64,000 bases of DNA. Origin: the human T2T-CHM13v2.0 reference genome, Homo sapiens. Positions within the stretch are counted from its first letter, which is position 1. Each line of letters starts with the position of its first letter. Shown here piece by piece: positions 16,701-30,110 of this stretch. Both the position numbers and the translations under genes were made by a program. Location of the stretch: NCBI RefSeq assembly GCF_009914755.1, contig NC_060926.1; one strand, written 5' to 3'. Under the pieces are notes generated by a model. That model ran no database searches, was not told where the DNA came from, and saw only the letters and a program-made list of their open reading frames with translations.

Positions 16701-17227
16701 ATTCAATTATGATTCCATTCAAGTCCAATTGATGATTACAGTCGTTTCCATTCGATGATGATTCCCCTCGAGTCCATTCGATGATTCCACTCGAGTCCAT
16801 TCGATGATTTCCTTAGATTCCATTCAATGATGATTCCACTCAATGCAATTCAATGACTAAATTCGATTCCATTCGATGTTGTTTCCGTTCAATTCCATTT
16901 GATGATTCTATTCGATTCAATTCAGTGATGGTTACATTCGTGTCCACTCGATGATTCCATTCTATTCCATTCGATGATTATTCCATTAGACTCCATTCGA
17001 TGATGATTCCATTCGATTTCATTCTGTGAATCTATTCATTTCCATTCGATGATGATTCCATTCTTTTCCAGTCGACGATTCCATTCGATGCCATTCGATG
17101 ATTACATTCGATTACATTCGACGATGACTCCATTCTATTCCATTTGATGATTCCATTCGATTCCATTCGATGAGGATTCCATTTGATTCCATTCAATGAT
17201 GATTCCATTCATGTCCATTCGATTGAA
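10798..17227 (+). repeat. HSat2 higher-order unit 3 (6430 bp)
   Basis: Start landmarks at 10798 and 17228. ACGCGT at 13587. ORF-track translations repeat at +6430 offset. Confidence 0.85.
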
Positions 17228-20200
17228 TTACATTTCATTGCTTTCGATGATGATTCCATTCACGTCCATTAGATGATTCCATTTGATTCCATTCATTGAT
17301 GATTCCATTCAGATTCCATTTGATGATTCCATTCGATTCCATTTGATGATTCCATTCAATTGCATTCAATGATTCCATTCGATTCCATTCGATGATGATT
17401 CCCTTCGAGTCCATTAGAAGATTCCATAACATTCCATTCGATGGTGATTCCTTTCCATTTCATTCAATGATTCCATTCGATTCCATTCGATGATGATTCC
17501 CTTCGAGTCCATGAGATAATTTCATAACATACCATTCGATAGTGATTCCATTTGATTTCATTCGATGGTGATTCCATTTGATTCCATTCGATGATTCCTT
17601 TCGTGTCCATTCGATGACACCATTGGATTCCATTCGATGATTTCATTCGTTTCCACTTGTTGATGATTCCATTCGATTCCATTCGATGATGATTCCATTC
17701 GATTCCCTTCATTGATGATTCGATTAGATTCCATTTGATGATGATTCCATTCGATTCCATTCAATGAAGATTCCATTCAATTCCATTTGATGATGATTCC
17801 ATTTGACTCCATTCAATGATGATTCCATTCGATTCCATTCAAAGATTCAATTCGAGTCCATTCAATGATTCCATTCGATTCCACTTGATGATGATTCCTT
17901 TCAAGTCCATTCAATGATTCCATTCAATTCCATTAGATAATAATTCCTCTCAAGTCCATTCAATGATTCCATTCAGTTGCATTCGATGATTCCATACGAT
18001 TTCATTCGATGATGATTCCATTTGAGTCCATTTGATGTTTCCATTAGATTCCATTCGAGCATAATTCCTTTCGAGTCCATTCGATGATTCCATTCAATTC
18101 CATTCCATGATGATTCCATTTCATTCCATTCAATGATGATTCCATTCGAGTCCATTCTATGATTCCTTTCTATTCCATTCGTTGATTCCATTCAATTCCA
18201 TTCGATGATGATTGCATTCGACGACATTCAATGATTCCACTCGATTCCATCTGATGATTGGAGTCCATTCGGTGATTCCTTTAGATTCCACTCAAAGACG
18301 ATTCCATTCAATTCCATTCCATGATACCATTCGATTCCATTCATTGATGATTCCATTTGATTCCATTTGATGATTCCATTTTATTCCATTCGATGATGAT
18401 TCCATTCCATTCCATTTGATGATTCCATTCCATTCCATTAGATGTTGATTCCATTCGTGTCCACTTGATGATTCCATTCTTTTCCGTTCGACCATGATTC
18501 CATTCGAGTACATTCGATGATTCCATTCGATTGCATTCGATGATTCCATTCGAGTATATTCGATGATTCCACTCGATTCCATACGACGATTATTCCATTG
18601 GAGTCCATTTGGCGATTCCTTTAGGTTCCACTCGAAGATGATTCAATTTGATTCCATTCGATTATACCATTCGATTCCATTCATTCATGATTCCATTCAA
18701 GTGCATTTGATGATAACATTCGATTCCATTTGATGATGATTCCATTCGTTTCCACTTGATTATTCATTTCCATTCCATTCAGTGATGATTCCATTAGAGT
18801 CAATTCGATGATTCCGTTGGAGTCCATTTGATGATGATTCCATTCAGTGATTCCATTCAATTCTATTTGATAATGATTCCAATCGATTCCATTCGATGCT
18901 GATTCCATGGTATTCCATTCTATGGTTTCATTCGGTTGCATTAGACAATGACTCCATTCGATTCCAATTGATGATTCCATTTGATTCTATTTCATGATGA
19001 TTCCATTCGATTCCATTTGATGATGATTGCATTCTATTCAATTCGATGATGATTCCATTCGGGTCCATTAGATGATTCCATACGATTCCATTCGATGACG
19101 ATTCCATTCTATTCCATTCAATGATGATTCCATTCGGGTCAATTATATGATTCCATTCGATTCCTTTTGATGATGATTCCATTCGGGTCCATTCGATGAT
19201 TTCATTCTTCTCCATTCGATGATGATTACATTCAAGTCTATTCGATGATTCTATTAGAGTCCATTGAATGATTGCTTTTGATTCCATTCGATGCTGATTC
19301 CATTCCATTCCATTCCACTCCATTCCATTCGATGATGATTCCATTCGATACCATTTTATGATTCCTTTAGATTCCATTTCATGCTGATTCCATTCAATTT
19401 CATTCAAAGATTCTATTCAAATCCATTCAATGATGATTCCATTAGATTCCATTTGATGATTCCATTTGATTTCATTTGATGATGTTTCCATTTGATTCCA
19501 TTTGGTGATTCCATTCAATGATGGTTCCATTCGAGTCCATTCAATGATTCCTTTCTACTCTATTTGATGATGATTCCATGCGAGGGCATTCAATGGTGAT
19601 TCCTTTGGATACCATTCAATGATTCCATTCGATTGCATTCAATGATGATTGCATTCGATTCCATTCGATGATTCCGTTTCATTCCATTCAAAGATGATTC
19701 CATTCGATTCCATTTGATAATTCCATGCGATTCCATTCGATCGTTCCAATGGATTCAATTTGATGATGATTCCATTTGTGTCTATTCGATGATTCCATTC
19801 AATTCCATCAGATGATGATTCCATTCGAGTGAATTCGATGTTTCCAATCAATTCCATTCAATGATGCTTAAATTCGAGGCTGTCTGATGACTCTATTCAT
19901 TTCCATTCTACAATGATTCCCTTTGAGTCCTTTTGAAGATTTGATTCTAGTCCTTTCGATGATCCCATTCGATTCCATTCGATGATGATTCCTTTCGAGT
20001 CCATTTGACGCGTCCCTTCGAGTACATTTGATGATTCCATTCGAGTCCAACTGATGATTCCATTCAATTCCATTCTGTGATGTTTCCGTATGATTCCATT
20101 CGATGATGATTCCATGTGATTCCTTTCGATGATGATTCATTTTAATTGCATTTGATTAGGATTCATTTCCAGTTCATTCGACGATTCCACACGATTCCAT

Positions 20201-23200
20201 TCGATGATGATTCCATTCGAGTGTATTTGATGATTCCTTTCGATTCCATTAGAAGATGATTCCATTTGATTCCGTTCATTGGTGATCCCATTCAATTCCA
20301 TTCAATGATTCCATTCCATTCCATTCAACAATGATTCCATTTGATTCCATTTGATGATTCCTTCCGCTTGATTCCATTTGATGATGATTCCATTCGATTC
20401 CATTCGATGATGATTGCCTTCAATTCCATTCGATGATTCCATTCGATTCCATTCGATGACGATTCGGTTTGATTCCATTTGATGATTCCATTCGAGTCCA
20501 TTCGATGATTCCATTCGATTCCATTTGATGATGATTCCATTTGAGTCCATTCGATGATTCCATTCGAGTCCATTTAATGATTCCATTCATTCGAGTCCAT
20601 TTGATGATTCCATTCGATTGCATTTTATGATTATTCCATTCGTGTCCATTAGATGATTCCATTCGAGTCCATTCAATAATTCCATTCAATTCCTTTTGAT
20701 GATTCCATTCGATTCTATTTGATGTTTCCATTCGAGTCCATTTGTTCATTCATTCGTGTCCATTCGATGACTCCATTCGATTCCATTTGATAATGATCCC
20801 ATTTCATGATGATTCCATTCGAGTCCATTGGATGACTCCATTTGATTCCATTCGATGATGAGTCCATTTGAATCCTTTCGATGTTTCCTATCGATTCCAT
20901 TCGATGACTCCGTTCAATCCCGTTCGATGTTTCAATTCGATTGTCTTTGACGATCATTCCATTCGATTCAATTTGGTGATACCATTCGATGACGATTCCG
21001 TTCGATTCCATTCGATGAGGATTCCCTTCGATTCCATTTGATGATGATTCCATTCGATTCCATTTGACGATGATTCCATTCGAGTCCATTTGATGATTCC
21101 ATTCGATTCCATTTGATGATGATTCCACTCAAGCCCATTCGATTATTCCATTCGAGTCCATTCAATGATTCCATTAGATTCCATTCGATGATGATTCCAT
21201 TCGAGTCCATTCGATGATTCCATTCGATTCCATTCAATGATGATTCCTTTCAGGTCCATTAGATGATCCCATTAGATTCCATTAGATGATGACTCCATTA
21301 GAGTCCATTCTTTGATTCCATTCGATTCCATTCGATGATGATTCTGTTCGAGTCCATTCGTTGATTACTGTCGATTCCATTCAATGATGATTCCCCTCGA
21401 GTCCATTCGATGATTCCACTCGAGTCCATTCGATGATTTCCTTAGATTCCATTCAGTGATGATGATTCCATTCGATTCCATTTGATGATGATTGCATTCT
21501 ATTCAATTCGATGACGATTCCATTCTATTCCATTCAATGATGATTCCATTCGAGTCCATTCAATGGTGATTCTATTGGATTCCATTTGGTGATGCCATTC
21601 GATTCTGTTCGATGATTGCATTCGATTCCATTTGATGATTCCCTTCGATTCCATTCAAAGTTTATTCCATTCGAGTCCGTTTGATAATTCCATTCGATTC
21701 CATTCTCCGATGATTCCACTGGTGTCCGTTCGATGATTCCATTCAATTCCAGTTGATGATGATTCCATTCGAGTCCATTCAATGATTTCATTGGATTCCA
21801 TTTGATAATGACTCCTTCCGGTTCCATTCCATGATGATTCCATTCGGTTCCATTAGATAGTGATTCCATTCAAGTCCATTCGATGATTCCATTCGATTCC
21901 ACTTGATTTTGATTCCATTGGAGTCCATTTGATTATTCCCTTTGAATGCATTCCATGATTCCTTTCGATTCCATTTGATATTGCTTCCACTCGAGTCCAT
22001 TCGATGATTCCATTTGATTTCATTCAATGATGACTCGATTCAATTCCGTTTGATGATTCCATTTGATTCCATTTGATGACAACTCCATTCGAGCCCATTC
22101 GATGATTCCTTTCGAGTCCATTTGATGATTCTATTTGGTTCCATTCGATGATGATTCCTTTGAATTCCATTCGTTGGTGATTCCATTCGATTCCATTCGA
22201 TGATGATTCCATTCAATTGCATTCGATGATGATTCCATTCGATTCCATTCGATGATGATTCCATTCGGTTTCATTCGATGATTCTATTCAATTCCTTTCT
22301 ATGAGTATTCAATTCTTTTCCATTTGATGATTCCATGTGATTCCACTTGATGATGATTCCATTCGTTTGCATTCGATGATGATTCCATTCAGGTCCATTC
22401 AAAGATTCCATTCGATTCCATTCTATGATGATTGCATTCGAGTTCATTTGATGATTCCATTCGACTGCATTCGATGATGATTCCATTCGTTGATATTCAA
22501 TGATTCCATTCGATTCCATTTGCTGATGATTCCATTCGACTCCATTCAACGATTCCATTCGATTCCATTCAATGAGGATTCCATTCGAGTCCTTTTGATG
22601 ATTCTGTTCAATTCCATTCGATGATGATTCCTCTCAAATACATTTGATGATTCCATTCGAGTACATTCGATTATTCCATTTGATTTTATTCGATAATGAT
22701 TCCATTCGATGCCATTCGATGATTCCATTCGATTCCATTCAATGGTGATTCCATTCGATGCCATTCGATGATTCCATTCAGTCTTATTTGATGATGATTC
22801 CATCCGTGTCCATTCGATGATTCCGTTCGTTTCCATTCGATGATGATTCCATTTGAATCTATTCGATGATTCCTATCGATTCCATTCGATGACTCTGTTC
22901 AATCCCATTCGATGTTTCCCTTCGATTGTCTTTGATGATCATTCCATTCGATTCAATTTGGTGATTCCATTCCATGATGATTCCGTTCGATTCCATTCGA
23001 TGAGGATTCCATTCGATTCCATTGGATGATGATTCCATTCGATTCCATTTGACGATGATTCCATTCGAGTCCATTTGATGATTCCATTCGATTCCATTTG
23101 ATGATGATTCCACTCAAGCCCATTCGATTATTCCATTCGAGTCCATTCAATGATTCCATTAGATTCCATTCGATGATGACTCCATTCGAGTCCATTCGAT

Positions 23201-23890
23201 GATTCCATTCGATTCCATTCAATGATGATTCCTTTCAGGTCCATTAGATGATTCCATTAGATTCCATTTGATGACGACTCCATTAGAGTCCATTCTTTGA
23301 TTCCATTCGATTCCATTCGATGATGATTCTATTGGAGTCCATTCGTTGATTCCATTCGATTCCATTCAATCATGATTCCATTCGAGTCCAATCGATGATT
23401 ACAGTCAATTCCATTCGATGATGATTCCCCTCGTGTCCATTCGAATATTCCACTCGAGTCCGTTCGATGATTTCCTTAGATTCCATTCAATGATGATTCC
23501 ACTCAATGCAATTCAGTGACTAAATTCGATTCCATTCGATGTTGTTTCCATTCAAGTCCATTTGATGATTCTATTCGATTCCATTCAATGATGATTCCAT
23601 TCGTGTCCACTCGAAGATTCCATTCTATTCCATTCGATGATTATTCCATTAGACTCCATTCCATGATGATTCCATTCGATTTCATTCTGTGATTCTATTC
23701 ATTTCCATTCGATGATGATTCCATTCTTTTCCAGTCGATGATTCCATTCGATGCCATTCGATGATTACATTCGATTACATTCGACGATGACTCCATTCTA
23801 TTCCATTTGATGATTCCATTCGATTCCATTCGATGAGGATTCCATTTGATTCCATTCAATGATGATTCCATTCATGTCCATTCGATTGAA
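17228..23890 (+). repeat. HSat2 higher-order unit 4 (6663 bp, internally rearranged)
   Basis: Start landmarks at 17228 and 23891. ACGCGT at 20008. The CTCAAGCCC landmark occurs twice (21128 and 23113). Confidence 0.8.
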
Positions 23891-26800
23891 TTACATTTCA
23901 TTGCATTCGATGATGATTCCATTCGCGTCCATTAGATGATTCCATTTGATTCCATTCATTGATGATCCCATTCAGATTCCATTCGATGATTCCATTCAAT
24001 TGCATTCAATGTTTCCATTCGATTCCATTCGATGATGATTCCCTTCGAGTCCATTAGAAGATTCCATAACATTCCATTCGATGGTGATTCCTTTCCATTT
24101 CATTCAATGATTACATTCGATTCCATTCGATGATGATTCCCTTGGATTCCATGAGATGATTTCATAACATTCCATTCGATGGTGATTCCTTTGGATTCCA
24201 TTCGATGGTTATTCCATTTGATTCGTTTCGATTATTCCTTTCATGTCCATTCGATGACACCATTGAATTCCATTCGATGACTTCATTCGTATCCACTTGT
24301 TGATGATTCCTTTCGATTCCATTCGATGATGATTCCAGTCGATTCCCTTCATTGATGATTCGATTAGATTCCATTTGATGATGATTCCATTCGAGTCCAT
24401 TCAATGAAGATTCCATTCAATTCCATTTGATGATGATTCCATTTGACTACATTCAATGATGATTCCATTCGATTCCATTCAAAGATTCAATTCGAGTCCA
24501 TTCAATGATTAAATTCGATTCCATTTGATGATGATTCCTTTCAAGTCCATTCAATGATTCCATTCAATTCCATTCGATAATAATTCCTTACAAGTCCATT
24601 CAATGATTCCATTCAGTTGCATTCTATGATTCCATACGTTTTCATTCGATGATGATTCCATTTGAGTCCATTTGATGATTACATTAGATTCCATTCGAGC
24701 ATAATTCCTTTCGAGTCCATTCGATGATTCCATTCAATTCCATTCCATGATGATTCCATTTGATTCCATTCAATGATGATTCCATTCGAGTCCATTCTAC
24801 GATTCCTTTCTATTCCATTCGTTGATTCCATTCAATTCCATTCGATGATGATTGCATTCGACTACATTCGATGATTCCACTCGATTCCATCCGACGATTG
24901 GAGTCCATTCGGTGATTCCTTTACATTGCACTCAAAGACGATTCCATTCAATTCCATTCCATGATACCATTCGATTCCATTCATTGATGATTCCATTTGA
25001 TTCCATTTGATGATTCCATTTTATTCCATTCGATGATGATTCCATTCCATTCCATTTGATGATTCCATTCCATTCCATCAGATGTTGATTCCATTCGTGT
25101 CCGCTTGATGATTCCATTCTTTTCCGTTCGACCATGATTCCATTCGATTCCATTCGATGATTCCATTCGAGTACATTCGATGATTCCATTCGAGTACATT
25201 CGATGATTCCACTCGATTCCATACGATGATTATTCCATTGGAGTCCATTTGGCGATTCCTTTAGTTTCCACTCGAAGATGATTCCGTTTGATTCCATTCG
25301 ATTATACCATTCGATTCCATTCATTGATGATTCCATTCAAGTGCATTTGATGATACCATTCGATTCCATTCGATGATGATTCCATTCGTTTCCATTTGAT
25401 TATTCCATTCTATTCCATTCAATGATGATACCATTAGTGTCAATTCGATGATTCCATTGGAGTCCATTTGATGATGATTCCATTCAGTGATTCCATTCAA
25501 TTCTATTTGATAATGATTCCCATCGATTCCATTCGATGTTGATTCCATGGGATTCCATTCTATGATTTCTTTCGATTGCATTAGACAATGACTCCATTCG
25601 ATTCCATTTGATGATTCCATTCGATTCTATTTGATGATGATTCCATTCGATTCCATTTGATGATGATTGCATTCTATTCAATTCGATGATGATTCCATTC
25701 GTGTCCATTAGATGATTCCATACGATTCCATTCGATGACGATTCCATTCTATTCCATTGAATGATGATTCCATTCGGGTCCATTATATGATTCCACTCGA
25801 TTCCATTTGATGATGATTCCATTCTTCTCCATTCGATGATGATTACATTCAAGTCTATTCGATGATTCTATTAGAGTCCATTGAATGATTGCTTTTGATT
25901 CCATTCGATGCTGATTCCATTCCATTCCATTCCATTCCATTCCATTCGATGATGATTCCATTCGATACCATTCTATGATTCCTTTAGATTCCATTTCATG
26001 CTGATTCCATTCAATTTCATTGAAAGATTCTATTCGAATCCATTCAATGATGATTCCATTCGATTCCATTTGATGATTCCATTTGATTTCATTTGATGAT
26101 GATTCCATTTGATTCCATTTGGTGATTCCATTCAATGATGGTTCCATTCGAGTCCATTCAATGATTCCTTTCTACTCTATTTGATGATGATTCCATGCGA
26201 GGGCATTCAATGTTGATTCCTTTGGATACCATTGCATGATTCCATTCGATTCTATTCAATGATGATTGCATTCGATTCCATTCGATGATTCCATTTGATT
26301 CCATCCAAAGATGATTCCATTCGATTCCATTTGATAATTCCATGCGATTCCATTCGATCGTTCCAATGGATTCCATTTGATGATGATTCTATTTGTGTCC
26401 ATTCGATGATTCCATTGAATTCCATACGATGATGATTCCATTCGAGTGAATTCGATGTTTGGAATCAATTCCATTCAATGATGCTTCCATTCGAGGCTGT
26501 CTGATGACTCTATTCATTTCCATTCTACAATGATTCCCTTTGAGTCCTTTTGAAGATTTGATTCGAGTCCTTTCGATGATCTCGTTCGATTCCATTCGAG
26601 GATGATTCCGTTCGAGTCCATTTGACGCGTCCCTTCGAGGACATTTGATGAGTCCATTCGAGTCCAACTGATGATTCCATTCAATTCCATTCTGTGATGT
26701 TTCCGTATGATTCCATTCGATGATGATTCCATGTGTTTCCTTTCAATGATGATTCATTTTAATTGCATTTGATTATGATTCATTTCCAGTTCATTCGACG

Positions 26801-29800
26801 ATTCCACATGATTCCATTCGATGATATTTCCATTCGAGTGTATTTGATGATTCCTTTCGATTCCATTAGAAGATGATTCCATTTGATTCCGTTCATTGGT
26901 GATCCCATTCAATTCCATTCAACGATTCCATTCCATTCCATTCAACAATGATTCCATTTGATTCCATTTGATGATTCCTTCCGCTTGATTCGATTTGATG
27001 ATGATTCCATTCGATTCCATTCGATGGTGATTGCCTTCAATTCCATTCGATGATTCCATTCGATTCCATTCGATGACGATTCGGTTTGATTCCATTTGAT
27101 GATTCCATTCGAGTCCATTCGATGATTCCATTCGATTCCATTTGATGATGATTCCATTTGAGTCCATTCGATGATTCCATTCGAGTCTATTCAATGATTC
27201 CATTCATTCGAGTCTATTTGATGATTCCATTCGATTCCATTTTATGATTATTCCATTCGTGTCCATTATATGATTCCATTCGAGTCCATTCAATAATTCC
27301 ATTCAATTCCTTTCGATGATTCCATTCGATTCTATTTGATGTTTCCATTCGAGTCCATTTGTTCATTCATTCGTGTCCATTCGATGACTCCATTCGATTA
27401 CATTTGATGATGATCCCATTTGATGATGATTCCATTGGAGTCCATTTGATGACTCCATTTGATTCCATTCGATGTTGATTCCATTCGTGTCCATTCAATG
27501 TTTTTGTTCTATTCCACTCAATGAGGATTCCCTTCAAATCCATTTGATGATTGTATTCAAGTCCATTCAGTGATTGCTTTCGATTCCATTCGATATTGAT
27601 TCCCTTTGATTCCATTCGATGAGGATTCCATTCGATGTCATTCTAGGATTCCATTCGATTCCATTTGATGTTGATTGCATTTGATTCCATTTGATTATTC
27701 TATTCGATAATTTTGATGACGATTCCATTCGATTCCATTCAGTGATTCCAGTTCATTACAGTTGATGATGATTCCTTTCGATTCCATTCGATGATTCCAA
27801 TTGATTCCAATCGATGATGATTCCATTCGAGTCCATTCGATGATTCCATTCGATTCCATTCAATGATGATTCCATTCGAGTCCATTCAATGGTGATTCCA
27901 TTGGATTCCATTCGGTGATGCCATTCGATTCCGTTCGATGAAAGCATTCGATTCCATTTGATGATTCCCTTCGATTCCATTCAAAGTTTATTCCATTCGA
28001 GTCCATTTGATAATTCCATTCGATTCCATTCTCCGAGGATTCCACTGGAGTCCGTTCGATGATTCCATTCAATTCCAGTTGATGATGATTCCATTCGAGT
28101 CCATTCAATGATTTCATTGGATTCCATTTGATGATGACTCCTTCCGGTTCCATTCCATGATGATTCCATTCGGTTCCATTAGATAGTGATTCCATTCAAG
28201 TCCATTCGATGATTCCATTCGATTCCATTCGATGATGATTCCATTCCGGTCCATTCGATGTTTCCTTTCGATTAAACTTGATGTTGATTCCATTTGAGTC
28301 CATTTGATTATTCCCTTTGACTGCATTCCATGATTCCTTTCGATTCCATTTGATATTGCTTCCATTCGAGTCCATTCGATGATTCCATTCGATTTCATTC
28401 AATGATGATTCGATTCAATTCCGTCCGATGATTCCATTTGACTCCATTCGATGACAACTCCATTCGAGTCCATTCGATGATTCCTTTCGAGTCCATTTGA
28501 TGATTCTATTTGGTTCCATTCGATGATGATTCCTTTGAATTCCATTCGTTGGTGATTCCATTCGATTCCATTCGATGATGATTCCATTCGATTGCATTCG
28601 ATGATGATTCCATTCGGTTTCATTCGATGATTCCATTCAATTCCTTTCTATGATTATTCAATTCTTTTCCATTTGATGATTCCATGTGATTCCATTTGAT
28701 GATGATTCCATTCGTTTGCATTCGATGATGATTCCATTCAGGTCCATTCAAAGATTCCATTCGATTCCATTCTATGATGATTGCATTCGAGTTCATTTGA
28801 TGATTCCATTCGACTCCATTCGATGATGACTCCATTCGTTGATATTCAATGATTCCATTCGATTCCATTTGCTGATGATTCCATTCGACTCCATTCAACG
28901 ATTCCATTCGATTCCATTCAATGAGGATTCCATTCGAGTCCTTTTGATGATTCTGTTCAATTCCATTCGATGATGATTCCTCTCAAATCCATTTGATGAT
29001 TCCATTCGAGTACATTCGATTATTCCATTTGATTTTATTCGATGACGATTCCATTCGATGCCATTCGATGATTCCATTCGATTCCATTCAATGGTGATTC
29101 CATTCGATGCCATTGGATGATTCCATTCAATCCTATTTGATGATGATTCCATTCCTGTCCATTCGATGATTCCGTTCGTTTCCATTCGATGATGATTCCA
29201 TTTGAATCCATTCGATGATTCCTATCGATTCCATTCGATGACTCCGTTCAATCCCATTCGATGTTTCCCTTCGATTGTCTTTGATGATCATTCCATTCGA
29301 TTCAATTTTGTGATTCCATTCCATGATGATTCCGTTCGATTCCATTCGATGAGGATTCCATTCGATTCCATTTGATGATGATTCCATTCGATTCCATTTG
29401 ACTATGTTTCCATTCGAGTCCATTTGATGATTCCATTCGATTCCATTTGATGATGATTCCACTCAAGCCCATTCGATTATTCCATTCGAGTCCATTCAAT
29501 GATTCCATTAGATTCCATTCGATGATGATTCCATTCGAGTCCATTCGATGATTCCATTCCATTCCATTCAATGATGATTCCTTTCAGGTCCATTAGATGA
29601 TTCTATTAGATTCCATTTGATGATGACTCCATTAGAGTCCATTCTTTGATTTCGATTCCATTCGATGATGATTCTATTCGAGTCCATTCGTTGATTCCAT
29701 TCGATTCCATTCAATGATGATTCTATTCGAGTCCAATCGATGATTACAGTCGATTCCATTCGATGATGATTCCCCTCGAGTCCATTCGATGATTCCACTC

Positions 29801-30110
29801 GAGTCCGTTCGATGATTTCCTTAGACTCCATTCAATGATGATTCCACTCAATGCAATTCAATGACTAAATTCGATTCCATTCGATGTTGTTTCCATTCAA
29901 GTCCATATGATGATTCTATTCGATTCCATTCAATGATGATTCCATTCGTGTCCACTCGATGATTCCATTCTATTCCATTCGATGATTATTCCATTAGACT
30001 CCATTCGATGATGATTCCATTCGATTTCATTCTGTGATTCTATTCATTTCCATTCGATGATGATTCCATTCTTTTCCAGTCGATGATTCCATTCGATGCC
30101 ATTCGATGAT
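23891..30110 (+). repeat. HSat2 higher-order unit 5
   Basis: Start landmark at 23891. ACGCGT at 26625. The end is approximate because the next start landmark is deleted. Confidence 0.75.
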
